Below are positions 23,285 to 33,439 of a stretch of DNA of 64,000 nucleotides, piece after piece. This DNA comes from Escherichia phage 04086. Position numbers and translations under genes: made by a program. Position 1 is the first letter of the stretch; each line of letters opens with the position of its first letter. The notes under the pieces were generated by a model that saw only the letters and a list, made by a program, of their open reading frames with translations, was not told the origin of the DNA and did not search any database. The stretch lies in the sequence record OR842557. One strand, 5' to 3'.

Positions 23285-24171
23285 GGGTTTCTCCTTGGTG
23301 CTGGAGGCGCTGGCTCGACAGGCACTGGAATATCTTGTGAATATGTTTGAACGGAACTTCCATCCCATTCTTTTTCTTCTATACCTCTAGGAACCACTTC
23401 GCTATCAACCGATTCGAAATTACCTTCAGGAGCGAGTTCCTTTGAGTTAGCAAAGAAATCAAGATAAATGGTTTTAATTTCGCCTTCCATTTCTTTAACT
23501 GGAGGATATAACCACCCGTTAACCTCAAACATCATAGACCATTCTAAGCGACGACGCGAAGTGGTATCACCTTCTAATTGTTCGTCCATTGCAATAGACT
23601 GGAACACAATACGAATATCACGGTCAAATTTAATCTCGTTTGTATAGAGTTCGGTAATTGTAGTATTAAAATGAGGTTGGAAATAAGGCATAATCTGTTC
23701 CACAATTTGGAACATATCATCTTGGGTTCTAGTGTAAATACCCAGTTCGAAAATCATTTTTACTGGAGTAGGAGAATATTGGCTAACTCGTTTTCTCGGG
23801 TCACCATTCTCAAATTGAATTTGTGTTCTGTTCTGAAGAGCCGTTTTGTATTGTGAGTTATAAAGCATATCAACCATTTGAAGGTTCATACGTGGAAGAA
23901 CTGTTTCCACTTTAGCTTTTTGTTCAGCTCGTTCTTTAGGAGACATATTAGGGTTTGGAATATTCTGTACTGCCGTCCATTTACCCAAATTTGCCATAAA
24001 TCTTTCTTTAGAAGCATACGTAATAGGAACTTTAATAAATTTAAGCCCCGTATCTTCTCTTTGACGTGCTACTTGAACATGGGAAAATAAATCACCCATC
24101 AAAACAATATAGCGACGTAGCGAACTATTATACCAATGTCCAAACATCAAACCTCCTAAATGGCGCACCAT
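23281..24171 (-). CDS. 15: Tail sheath stabilizer / tail terminator gp15
   Basis: 296 aa (T4 272 aa); synteny 14-15-16. Confidence 0.75.
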
Positions 24172-24185
24172 GCGCCATGTATTAT

Positions 24186-24959
24186 TTAATCATCTAAAAA
24201 AGCATCATCAAATGCTGTAGGAGGAGCATCCTCTCCTCGTCCATTAATTACAACATAAGGATGTACGAATTCAGCCGCTTCAGCATTAATCTCATTGACC
24301 TCTTCGTATTGAATGTCAGAGATATCAGCCAACCCGTCGATATTCTTAACAGGCATTAAATCAAGCTCACTAAATTCAGGAATATTAATACCTTCATTTC
24401 TCTGTAATTCAGGACGAAGTTCTTCACCATTATAAATGAACTTGGTAGCAGTGATTCGACGCTGGACGTTAGCTCCTACTTGATAGAATGGGTCGTAAGG
24501 TTGAACCCAGTTAATTTCGAATAGGCTGTTGTCCATTGGGAAATAAATCAAGTCGCCTGAAACAGGTTCAGTGCCATTGCATTGATGTTTAAAAAGGTTA
24601 GGGTTAATTGTGATTGTTACTTCATCATTAACCATCATACCGAACTTACTGAAATAAGTATTGTCACCGGAATAACCTTCAAAGGAATCCAAATAACCTG
24701 CAAATTTCCAGGCTTTAGTAAATTTGTTCTGAAGGTCTTCGCCAAATAGCTGGTCTGGTTTAACGTATTCACGTGGTATATAATAAAGCTCAATACCACG
24801 CATTTGAATAGACTCAGCAACTAAAGCATCAGCCAATGTTTGGGTATTCTCATGCTTGTAGAAGTTGACGAACGGGTTCATTATTTCAGTTTCGTTCGTA
24901 TTAGCATAGCCAGTATTATCTTCTAGCTTGGCGAATAAACTCGAATCGAAAGTAGCCAT
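24186..24959 (-). CDS. 14: Neck protein gp14
   Basis: 257 aa (T4 256 aa); synteny. Confidence 0.75.
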   Translation of the reverse strand: MATFDSSLFAKLEDNTGYANTNETEIMNPFVNFYKHENTQTLADALVAESIQMRGIELYYIPREYVKPDQLFGEDLQNKFTKAWKFAGYLDSFEGYSGDNTYFSKFGMMVNDEVTITINPNLFKHQCNGTEPVSGDLIYFPMDNSLFEINWVQPYDPFYQVGANVQRRITATKFIYNGEELRPELQRNEGINIPEFSELDLMPVKNIDGLADISDIQYEEVNEINAEAAEFVHPYVVINGRGEDAPPTAFDDAFLDD

Positions 24960-24961
24960 AA

Positions 24962-25894
24962 TTATCCAATTAAAATAGGTGTTGGTGGGTCGAGCAAATC
25001 CAATTCTTCGCGAAGTCGTTCTTTTTCTAAACGAGCTTCTTCAATCAATCGAATGCCATCTACAGTGGTTCCACCCGCAAGTTGCATGCCTTGATGTTTG
25101 GCCAAAATATTACCATTGACTTCTTTAACCAATGCAGTAGCATAATCTTTAACCCAACGGTTATTATATGCACCATCTTGAAGCCCAAGGTCCTCACCCA
25201 CACGCATACCAGAAATACGACGCGCAGGGTTATCCCAAATAGCACCAGGACTCCATGCATCTTCACCACAAGCTGAAGCATAACCATATCCTACAGTATT
25301 TCCTACCATAGAATCGACCCCATTAAAAGAGCGAGTATAAACTTCAATTACAATAAAATCGCCTTTAACAAAGTTACCCATTACCTTCAACTGTTCAGTG
25401 GCATCGTTATACCAATAATCAGGTAGTGGAACCAAAAGGTCCTGCATCATAGAACGATATTGCATTAGTTGGGTAAAATAACCAAGGTCGGCGCCGAAGG
25501 CATTAGGTCCAAAACTGTTACATGAAGACCCTAACCCACCGTTAATACCTGCTAAGCCTAATACAAAATCAGTAAACCATGGATAAGTTGCTTGCCCGTC
25601 CATAGAAGTCAAAGAACCTACATTGGTTCTCAAAATTTGTGTCACCGCAAATATATTACGTCCTTTAAGGTCAAATACACCATTACGGAATTTTTCTTCA
25701 TCGTCATGACCTATATAAAAAGCCTGATAACCTTTGTTATACCCGTTATAATGATACTCACCATAGAGCTCTAGGGCTCGCTGGATGCAATCGTATACTT
25801 GGTCTGTAGTTACTTCAATATTTGTAATCGGCGCACCCAGGCGGCGCAGAATAGCGTCCTTGAGTTGCTTAGGGTTAAATGATTCACTTGCCAT
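24962..25894 (-). CDS. 13: Neck protein gp13
   Basis: 310 aa (T4 309 aa); synteny. Confidence 0.75.
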   Translation of the reverse strand: MASESFNPKQLKDAILRRLGAPITNIEVTTDQVYDCIQRALELYGEYHYNGYNKGYQAFYIGHDDEEKFRNGVFDLKGRNIFAVTQILRTNVGSLTSMDGQATYPWFTDFVLGLAGINGGLGSSCNSFGPNAFGADLGYFTQLMQYRSMMQDLLVPLPDYWYNDATEQLKVMGNFVKGDFIVIEVYTRSFNGVDSMVGNTVGYGYASACGEDAWSPGAIWDNPARRISGMRVGEDLGLQDGAYNNRWVKDYATALVKEVNGNILAKHQGMQLAGGTTVDGIRLIEEARLEKERLREELDLLDPPTPILIG

Positions 25895-25915
25895 GTTTTA
25901 TTCCTCTAATAACCG

Positions 25916-25923
25916 TATTTATA
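25916..25923 (-). promoter_or_regulatory. T4 late promoter for gene 13
   Basis: tatttata 25916-25923, 21 nt upstream of the gp13 start. Confidence 0.6.
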
Positions 25924-25924
25924 G

Positions 25925-25947
25925 CAAAAAAGGGCCGAAGCCCTTTT
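25925..25947 (-). terminator. Intrinsic terminator after wac (GGGC-uucg-GCCC + U6 on minus)
   Basis: Tetraloop hairpin followed by a six-T run on the minus strand, right after the wac stop. Confidence 0.7.
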
Positions 25948-25948
25948 A

Positions 25949-27493
25949 TTATGGCGCCGGGTTTAAAGTCACAAAATCCGACAATAGAACCCATGCATTA
26001 TCAACCAGAACATACGGAAGTCCGTCAGCCGCAGGAGCAACAGGAGGGCGTTTAGCCAACTCGGTTTCTAGCGCAGTGATTTTACCTTCAGCCTCCAATA
26101 AAGAAGCTTTGACTGTATCAATTTCTGTAGTGCCAAGGATTTCAGCCCAAGCCGCATCTTTACGTCCGTATAATTTACCATCAGCAGGAGCATCACCCAA
26201 TTTAGTAGGCATTTGAGCTTCAAGGCCTTTAACAGAGTTTATTAACCCTCGTTCTTCTACAGTGCCACCGTTAGGGTTTGTTCCTTCAATTTGGTTGGTA
26301 ATTTTAAGAATAGAACCTTTAATACCCGTTTGGTTATTACCAATTTCAGCCTGTAAATCCTGAATGGTTGAGGCTGAAGTATTACCTTGAGTCGTAAGGT
26401 CATTCAAACGTTTATTAATTGTTCCTGCAGCCGGACTTACATCAGCACCAATTTTACGGTCTATATCGGAAACCTGGAAACGAAGCCCTTCAGACGAACT
26501 AGCACCTACTATAGTTTTTAGTTCATTAACATCGGTACGTAAGCCACCTAATCTACCATTAATAGAAGTAGGGGTGCCTGCCTCGCCGATAGCGGTTTCC
26601 ACTGCAGTAACTCTAGGGGTCAAACCGTTATTAACAGTGTTTTCTAAAGTGGAAGTTTTAGTTTCCAGCGTGGTTACTCTTGTATCAATAGGGCCTTTAT
26701 TAAAACCTATACTGGTTTTGATAGAATCTATTGATTCGTTAAAGCTTACAGCAGCAGTTTCAAGAGTGGAAATCCTGGTATACGCCGGTTGTTTACCTAT
26801 GGTATCGATATGAGGGCCGAGTTCTTCACGAATTTCGTTAATCTTAAGCCCAAGTTGCCCTACATCAGAATCTTCGTAATTCTTTTCAAGGGTATCTATA
26901 CGTTGTGAATGGTCGACAATAACACTGGTATTATCCATAATGCGACGTTTCATGCCGGTGGCTTCAGAAGTTTCACCTGGAGGAAGCGGTTGGCTGTTTA
27001 TATCCTGGTTCGCATAATGACCAATTTCAGATTTAAGAAGATTTATATTTTCTCTGACGGTTAGATAAGTCCCGTCTAAAGCCGGGTCATAATAACCTAC
27101 ATCTTCTTCTAAAAAATTAAAATTAACGGTTAAGTCACCTAATTCTTGTTTAGTTTCGGAAGCCTTTTCATCCACAGCCAGTATATCGACACGGTTCTTT
27201 TCAATTTGCTGAATAACCGCCGTATCAGTAGAAATATCTAGGGCTTCATTAATCAAATTAACGTTATCCACAAGCTCGTTAATTTTGTCTTTAGAAGCTA
27301 TACTGTTTTCTTCTAATCTAACTACGTTGGTTTGTACTCCTAAAGCAGGGGCATTCAAATTACCGTCGTGACCGTATTTAGTCGTGGCTCCTTCAATACA
27401 TTCTCCATTGCGTATCCAACGGATACGCTCTTGGGATGCATCGGGTACACCATCGACAAACGGAAGTTCTTTAATACTCAGTTTGTCAATCAT
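25949..27493 (-). CDS. wac: Fibritin (whisker antigen control protein)
   Basis: 514 aa, largely predicted coiled-coil, between genes 12 and 13 (T4 wac 487 aa). Confidence 0.8.
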   Translation of the reverse strand: MIDKLSIKELPFVDGVPDASQERIRWIRNGECIEGATTKYGHDGNLNAPALGVQTNVVRLEENSIASKDKINELVDNVNLINEALDISTDTAVIQQIEKNRVDILAVDEKASETKQELGDLTVNFNFLEEDVGYYDPALDGTYLTVRENINLLKSEIGHYANQDINSQPLPPGETSEATGMKRRIMDNTSVIVDHSQRIDTLEKNYEDSDVGQLGLKINEIREELGPHIDTIGKQPAYTRISTLETAAVSFNESIDSIKTSIGFNKGPIDTRVTTLETKTSTLENTVNNGLTPRVTAVETAIGEAGTPTSINGRLGGLRTDVNELKTIVGASSSEGLRFQVSDIDRKIGADVSPAAGTINKRLNDLTTQGNTSASTIQDLQAEIGNNQTGIKGSILKITNQIEGTNPNGGTVEERGLINSVKGLEAQMPTKLGDAPADGKLYGRKDAAWAEILGTTEIDTVKASLLEAEGKITALETELAKRPPVAPAADGLPYVLVDNAWVLLSDFVTLNPAP

Positions 27494-27502
27494 TTTATTT
27501 CC

Positions 27503-29035
27503 TTAAGCAACTTTAATAATGAATAGGATGGACATAGTCCAAGGACGGTTTTCGTTACCAACCAACCCTTCGCTGTTTAGAGTAGTTCTTGAATCTCGTG
27601 AACCTGAACCGTCAATTTCATATCCTTCGTTTGTAAAGTAAGAACGGTTATCCCAGTCCAGCCCTTTACGAGTACCTGCAAAGTTGGAACGAACGGTATT
27701 ACCAAATGCACCTGCGTTGTCGTGTTCGCCAAAACCACCAGCGTGTTTATGGAAACGAAGCTGCTGGGCTTGTACAGTGCCATGGCCATATGAGCCGCAA
27801 CCCACGCCTAATTTAGGTTTACCTTTGGCATCATTACCTTTGGCATCTCTAATTCTAACGTTGGCATCCCATTCTCTTAATCCACCGTCGTTAGTCTGGT
27901 TTGCACCTCTAGGATATAATCCACGGAAATCAGGACGAGCGCCAGTTGAACCCCATTTACTACCAACTACATTTCGGAATCCTTGTTCACCAGAGTTACC
28001 ACCATCACAAACAGCCCAACCTGCAGGGATATTATTAATCTGGCCTCCCCACATAACAATAGTACCGATAGGGACAGAATCTTTTAATTGGTCGATAGTA
28101 ACAACATCACGCCCATTGCGACGTAAAGTACCGTTAACGTTTAAAGTACCATTAATGGTGCCGCCTGTGGTAGAAATAACGTTAGCATTATATGCCAATG
28201 CAGTATTCCCATCACCAGAACCAACCGTAGTCGATAATTTAACAACACCCAACCTTCCAGTAGTACCAGTACGAGAAAGAAGAGTTGAAGGAGATAAAGC
28301 TATATTAGAATCACTGCCAGCAGAAGCTTCTTGCGGGGTGGCCAATCTAATAATACCTGCTCGTCCTTGGGTAGAAGTTAAAGATTTTAGCCCAGAAGGA
28401 GAAATTGCCACACCATTAGTCAATGTACCATTTGCCACTTCAGCATTTGTTGCAATTCTAACAATACCTTCAGTAGTTTGAGTAGCACTTGAATAAGTTG
28501 GTAATGCCGATGTAGCAGCGCCAATTGCCTGGGCGGTTTTCAGAGGTGTCATTGCCGTTGTATCATCTGTACCTGCTAGAGCAGCCGGCAGGGTTGAAAT
28601 CTTGAGTACGCCTGTAGTGTTCTCTGTGGCTAAACGATTGGTGAATGTATAATCTATAGTAGCTTTCAAAGACGATGCTACGATTGCAGCCTGGGTTTCT
28701 GTTCCGGCAATGGCTTCACCATTAGTGGCATAACGGGTGATACCTACATAAGTTTCTGTTGCTTGAGTAGGAATATCTAAACGGCCTTTTAAAGTGGCCG
28801 GAGTTACTGCAGAGAAAGTATCGGTGCCATCAATAACTTCTTGTTGGGTCGCTAATCTAATAATACCCTGTTCTGTTTCAGAAGCTGAAGGTATATTACC
28901 TGTAACACCTATAGCGGAAATAGACGCCAATGCATCCTGGACATTAGTAATAGAGGGGTCAAAATTCGACCCAGTAGGGTCGAATGTTTTAAATTCTGAT
29001 TTATCACTTATGTGTTTTAGTGTATTTGTAGACAT
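27503..29035 (-). CDS. 12: Short tail fiber protein gp12
   Basis: 510 aa with repetitive Thr/Gly-rich beta-structure; synteny 11-12-wac. Confidence 0.8.
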   Translation of the reverse strand: MSTNTLKHISDKSEFKTFDPTGSNFDPSITNVQDALASISAIGVTGNIPSASETEQGIIRLATQQEVIDGTDTFSAVTPATLKGRLDIPTQATETYVGITRYATNGEAIAGTETQAAIVASSLKATIDYTFTNRLATENTTGVLKISTLPAALAGTDDTTAMTPLKTAQAIGAATSALPTYSSATQTTEGIVRIATNAEVANGTLTNGVAISPSGLKSLTSTQGRAGIIRLATPQEASAGSDSNIALSPSTLLSRTGTTGRLGVVKLSTTVGSGDGNTALAYNANVISTTGGTINGTLNVNGTLRRNGRDVVTIDQLKDSVPIGTIVMWGGQINNIPAGWAVCDGGNSGEQGFRNVVGSKWGSTGARPDFRGLYPRGANQTNDGGLREWDANVRIRDAKGNDAKGKPKLGVGCGSYGHGTVQAQQLRFHKHAGGFGEHDNAGAFGNTVRSNFAGTRKGLDWDNRSYFTNEGYEIDGSGSRDSRTTLNSEGLVGNENRPWTMSILFIIKVA

Positions 29036-29700
29036 TAACTTACTCGCTTATAGTGATATAAGGTTGTTGTTCCATTTACGGTTCCACCTGTCATAGATTC
29101 TGTAGTAGAACCTAAATATTCCCAGTATCCATAACCTGCACGAGGCTGTTGAACTATAGTCTGAGAAATGGTGCATCCTGCTTGTTTAAATGGCTCAAAA
29201 ATATGGTTTTGGTAGTCGTTATATTTAATGTTTAAAGTAGACTGGTCTAGAGGGTCGATAGACGTTTCTGCCAAAATATAACTATCGGCAATAGCGCTTA
29301 TAAAAGCATCGTTAACTTTAGAAGCAACCAGGACCGAAGAATCACCCACAATAACTTCAACAGGCAAACCGAATACCTTAATAATAACCGTATCGCCTAA
29401 TTCGCCGCCAGAAGAAATGGAGCCGGAGAAAGTTAATTTATCTGATTGTTGAATAAAGCCAGGTGCCCTGTTTTCAGTAGTAGTTACCACTGCATTGACA
29501 GGAAGTTCTGCACGGAAAGCAATATCATCAATAGCACTTTGGACCGTAGGGTAATAAACACCTTTTTGGGTTTGGTTTGCCGATGGACCACCAATAGGGC
29601 GTTGACCTGCCACTGCGGCAGGCTGATTAGTTGTAAAAGAAAATTCTAAAAAGTCGGCAAGGCGGGATTTTAACCCGCTTTTCATTTCTGTTAAAGTCAT
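29035..29700 (-). CDS. 11: Baseplate wedge protein gp11 (short tail fiber attachment)
   Basis: 221 aa (T4 219 aa); synteny. Confidence 0.75.
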   Translation of the reverse strand: MTLTEMKSGLKSRLADFLEFSFTTNQPAAVAGQRPIGGPSANQTQKGVYYPTVQSAIDDIAFRAELPVNAVVTTTENRAPGFIQQSDKLTFSGSISSGGELGDTVIIKVFGLPVEVIVGDSSVLVASKVNDAFISAIADSYILAETSIDPLDQSTLNIKYNDYQNHIFEPFKQAGCTISQTIVQQPRAGYGYWEYLGSTTESMTGGTVNGTTTLYHYKRVS

Positions 29701-31511
29701 TACGCAATCCTCACCCAGCGATAAACGGTTGTATATGGAGGCAAAGTGCCAATAGGAATAGGCGTTGTAGATTGCTGTTTGTTTATCGTAGCTTTATCTT
29801 CACGATATTTTGTATAAGCCGGGCCTTGGGCATCCGGGTCTACCAAACATCCGCCAATAACAATAGGGCCGTTATCATCGGCAACTAATACCTTGTCGTC
29901 TGTATTAAGTTCAGGAACGTTTTCATATTTAATGGAAATATTATGAGAACCACCCGTACCACCTGCAGTAGATTTAGGAGCACCACCAGAATCTAAATCA
30001 TTATTGTTTGCATTGAACAACGAGTCAGCATCCGGAGACCAACCTACAAGGAAACTATCAGACAGACGTTTCCAACTACCCATACCCATATAAGTTGCAG
30101 GGTTATTAGGGTTCACGGTGTTCTCATAAATCGTTCCAATAGGGTGGAACAAATCAAACATCACTGCTGCCGTATTAATAGAAACTTCAGATTCTGCTAC
30201 AGGTTCAAAGTTAGGAGAAAATGGATTATCCACATCAGTAATACGAACCTGACCGGTTAAAGATACTGAAGGACCTTGAGAAATATAGATATCATTTGTG
30301 GTATCTAAAATCTCATCAATAGTCATAGTGGTACCAATATCATTGTTATACCAAATTACAGTAAGGATATCACCATGTTCCAGTTTACGTCCAAATTCAA
30401 ATGACTCGATTTTATCGTCATCTGCAATATTCAAAATATAATCGGATTTAGATTGGGTCCATACACCACCTGAATCTGCACAAAGGCCTGCATCATCCGT
30501 ATCAACACCTTCACAATAGAAAGCAGGGAATCCGGCAGTACCAGCTTGATGCAATAAAGTACTATTAAGCATTACCTGACAAGCATTAGGGTTAATAGGG
30601 CTTGTAGGAGAAACATTTAATTCTGCTGATGTAATAGTCTGTACGGTAGAAAGGTCTAATACTACTTTAGAACCGTTAACTGTGGTTTCATGGGTAAGGG
30701 TCGTATCTAAAATAGTAATATCGCGACGATTATAAGAACTGCGCCATTGAGCCAATCCATCGTTATACGATTTAATAATTACCGTATCGCCAGCTTCACA
30801 AGGATATTTCAAACGGATATCTTTACCGTTCAATTCAACCAATTCGCCTGGGTTTGCACCTGGGCTACCAAACTCAGAAGTGGCTTCATCAAATATATCA
30901 TCCACACCGTAGAACAAGTTGTTACCACGTTGGATAACGCTAAGACTTGAAATATTATAGGTTAGACCTGGGAAAATATCCAAGAAATCGGTTTGACCTT
31001 CGGTGGCAATAAACTGTTTAGTTGCTACAGTAGCGAGGTCGTTATTTGGAATACGGTTAACTTGTTTGTTCTCAACATATTCCCAACGTCCTGGGGCACA
31101 GTAAACAAGTTCAAGGTCAGCAAAATTACGAGCTATTTCAACCTGTACAGCGGAACCTTTAATTGTATCGCCTGGGGCCGGTATAATAGTCACAGGGTTA
31201 GCTTGCCAAGAGGAATAAACGTCACGTAAACGAATTACAAAGTTATATTCTGATGGGGTGCCTTTAGGAAGTTGAACGTTAATCCTTCCACCTTGAGTAT
31301 TCAATGTATAGCTATGACCCATAACAGCATTAAGTAAAGGACCATCTGCAGTAGAATATTGTTTCCAGGCACCAGCAGCGTGTGGATTATCTCCATCACC
31401 TAATTGATAATATAACTCATTAAAGTTATTATTGATTTTTAGACCACCTGCTCGCAGGTAATCTCCGGAGCCATCGTCAACGGCCTGGCCGATTTTTAAT
31501 TCTTGTTTCAT
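29700..31511 (-). CDS. 10: Baseplate wedge protein gp10
   Basis: 603 aa (T4 602 aa); synteny. Confidence 0.8.
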   Translation of the reverse strand: MKQELKIGQAVDDGSGDYLRAGGLKINNNFNELYYQLGDGDNPHAAGAWKQYSTADGPLLNAVMGHSYTLNTQGGRINVQLPKGTPSEYNFVIRLRDVYSSWQANPVTIIPAPGDTIKGSAVQVEIARNFADLELVYCAPGRWEYVENKQVNRIPNNDLATVATKQFIATEGQTDFLDIFPGLTYNISSLSVIQRGNNLFYGVDDIFDEATSEFGSPGANPGELVELNGKDIRLKYPCEAGDTVIIKSYNDGLAQWRSSYNRRDITILDTTLTHETTVNGSKVVLDLSTVQTITSAELNVSPTSPINPNACQVMLNSTLLHQAGTAGFPAFYCEGVDTDDAGLCADSGGVWTQSKSDYILNIADDDKIESFEFGRKLEHGDILTVIWYNNDIGTTMTIDEILDTTNDIYISQGPSVSLTGQVRITDVDNPFSPNFEPVAESEVSINTAAVMFDLFHPIGTIYENTVNPNNPATYMGMGSWKRLSDSFLVGWSPDADSLFNANNNDLDSGGAPKSTAGGTGGSHNISIKYENVPELNTDDKVLVADDNGPIVIGGCLVDPDAQGPAYTKYREDKATINKQQSTTPIPIGTLPPYTTVYRWVRIA

Positions 31512-32371
31512 TATACTGGGACTCCAATAGTTTGGGTATCTACGACTTTAATTGCTAATCTCATAGGGGTTTCAGATGATGCCGTAGCCACTATATAGTT
31601 GGATGTATCAAATTTAAAATCGAGATTGTAAATTTCGTCTTCATCAGTGGCTTGTCCACGACGGATAACAGCATATTCCGTGGAATATATTTTTTTAGCT
31701 TGGTTATCCATAAACAAAAGATATTCAGAAGCTTTATAAACAGTCTCATTGGCATTTACTGCCGTAACCAAAAGCTTAACTAAAGAATATTGACCTGAAT
31801 AAACCACCTGGACATCTCTAGGTACGTTGGAAATATTATATGTTCTATTTAATGGTACTCGTTTGTCACCAAACATGCTCTCAATAGAATAATCCCATAC
31901 AGCTACACCGTTTATATCGCTTACACACCATAAAAGAACTCGAGTATAAGGAGTTACTATTCTTAAGGCTGATGTAGGATGGTTCAAAAACGAATCCAAT
32001 ATACGGATTTCAAGATAGTTAGTAGCTGAAATACTTCCATTAGAGTTAATTATTTCAATACCTTCACCTACAGCTCCTTTTACGGTTGTTAAAACTATAG
32101 AACCGGTAGAAGCATCGACATCCACCAAAGAGCCAAGGTCAACAGAACCTGCTTGGTCGGTATCGCCGAATTTTTGATAGTATCCAGTGGCATGTAATTT
32201 TTGACCGGTAGTTTCGCCTGTAAGGGCTGCTTTACGTTGGTCACCAAAAGTATTATAGATGTTGTTTAAGTCGGTGTTCAGTTTAACACCACCGTCATAT
32301 AAGATGTCGCCGGTGCTGGCATTACCAATCTCACCGACGTCAATTAGTAACTTACCAGTTTGCTTAATCAT
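31511..32371 (-). CDS. 9: Baseplate wedge protein gp9 (long tail fiber socket)
   Basis: 286 aa (T4 288 aa); synteny. Confidence 0.75.
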   Translation of the reverse strand: MIKQTGKLLIDVGEIGNASTGDILYDGGVKLNTDLNNIYNTFGDQRKAALTGETTGQKLHATGYYQKFGDTDQAGSVDLGSLVDVDASTGSIVLTTVKGAVGEGIEIINSNGSISATNYLEIRILDSFLNHPTSALRIVTPYTRVLLWCVSDINGVAVWDYSIESMFGDKRVPLNRTYNISNVPRDVQVVYSGQYSLVKLLVTAVNANETVYKASEYLLFMDNQAKKIYSTEYAVIRRGQATDEDEIYNLDFKFDTSNYIVATASSETPMRLAIKVVDTQTIGVPV

Positions 32372-32415
32372 AGGTATGCCTCATTATTGATATAATGTAT
32401 TTATACCCCCGAAAG

Positions 32416-32429
32416 GGCCTTGCGGCCCT
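32416..32429 (-). terminator. Hairpin (gggcc-ttgc-ggccc) after gene 8, weak terminator
   Basis: GC hairpin immediately downstream of the gp8 stop with short T-run on minus. Confidence 0.4.
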
Positions 32430-32431
32430 TA

Positions 32432-33439
32432 TTAGAATTCGAAGATAATGTTAATTTCTTCTGTTTGGTCCATGGAACGAATAACCGGAGGACGGTTTTC
32501 CATATAAATCATTTCACCTGAATGGCGGGAGAGGTCTATAACATCATAGTACTCTTTTTCAGCTTTAATGATTGGATCGGATGGGTGAGCTTTAGCTTCT
32601 AACGGGTTAGAAATTATCGAAAGCTGTCTAAACCCTTTGTTACCAGGCAGACTAAATTCAGGGAAGTAAACTGAATCTAAGAATGCTTTAAAACGAATAG
32701 TATTGGCTTTAATACGATAAATTAGACCATAATCATCTTGCTGCCAAGTTAGGTTATTCTCGTATCCCCAACGTTCAGGGTCTTCAGCAATTTCTTCTGG
32801 CCATGGAACCACAATATATTCATTAGTGCAACGGTTGATACTTACATCAGGTGGAATCTCATAAAGGTATTCCCATAGATATCCATCACCTGTATCAACC
32901 ATACCTTCCGTATCACCTTGTCCTGCAGGAGCTTTAACAGAAGGAACGTTAGCGGTCCATTTACCACCAAGTTTAATACACTCGGTTTTATTATCAAGAG
33001 ATAAAATAGAACATGCTCCTGATTCAGGCACGTCTACACAACGATAAACCATCCAACCTGCACCAACATCAGTACGGTTTTGAGGTTGACTGTTAGCCAC
33101 TACAATTTCACCAATTTGGAAAGTGAAAGGATTAGGATAAGAGGTATCGCCCCAGTCTTTGCGAGGAACAACACAATCCAACATGCTCTTATAAACCTTA
33201 ACACAACCCATCATGTTTGTCCAGACGTCTTCTACGCCCTCAGAATCATCTACAGGATAAGGTGGAGCAAAGCCTGGGTCGTTTTCGTTAGGAGCCCATG
33301 GTTGGGCTCTCCCGAAAGATACATACATCGTGTTCTGGTCTTCACCATCACCAATTGTTCTGTAAAAGTTGTACATCTTTTCCGTTCTAAATTTAGAAGT
33401 AACAATAGAACGGTATATTACTGTTGAATTAATCATCAA
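32432..33439 (-). CDS. 8: Baseplate wedge protein gp8
   Basis: 335 aa (T4 334 aa); synteny. Confidence 0.75.
   Translation of the reverse strand: MMINSTVIYRSIVTSKFRTEKMYNFYRTIGDGEDQNTMYVSFGRAQPWAPNENDPGFAPPYPVDDSEGVEDVWTNMMGCVKVYKSMLDCVVPRKDWGDTSYPNPFTFQIGEIVVANSQPQNRTDVGAGWMVYRCVDVPESGACSILSLDNKTECIKLGGKWTANVPSVKAPAGQGDTEGMVDTGDGYLWEYLYEIPPDVSINRCTNEYIVVPWPEEIAEDPERWGYENNLTWQQDDYGLIYRIKANTIRFKAFLDSVYFPEFSLPGNKGFRQLSIISNPLEAKAHPSDPIIKAEKEYYDVIDLSRHSGEMIYMENRPPVIRSMDQTEEINIIFEF

Noticed and set aside
27684-28481. 265 aa Pro-rich plus-strand ORF inside gene 12, and similar antisense ORFs in genes 22, 17, 7 and 6 (e.g. 14354..14845, 22142..22387, 37927..38289)
   Set aside because: They lie opposite well-supported structural genes, lack RBS and promoter context, and have biased composition. 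Treated as non-coding shadow ORFs.
32409-32417. Late promoter upstream of gene 9
   Set aside because: The sequence is TATTTTATA (reverse complement TATAAAATA), one base longer than the TATAAATA consensus, so I did not list it as a promoter feature.
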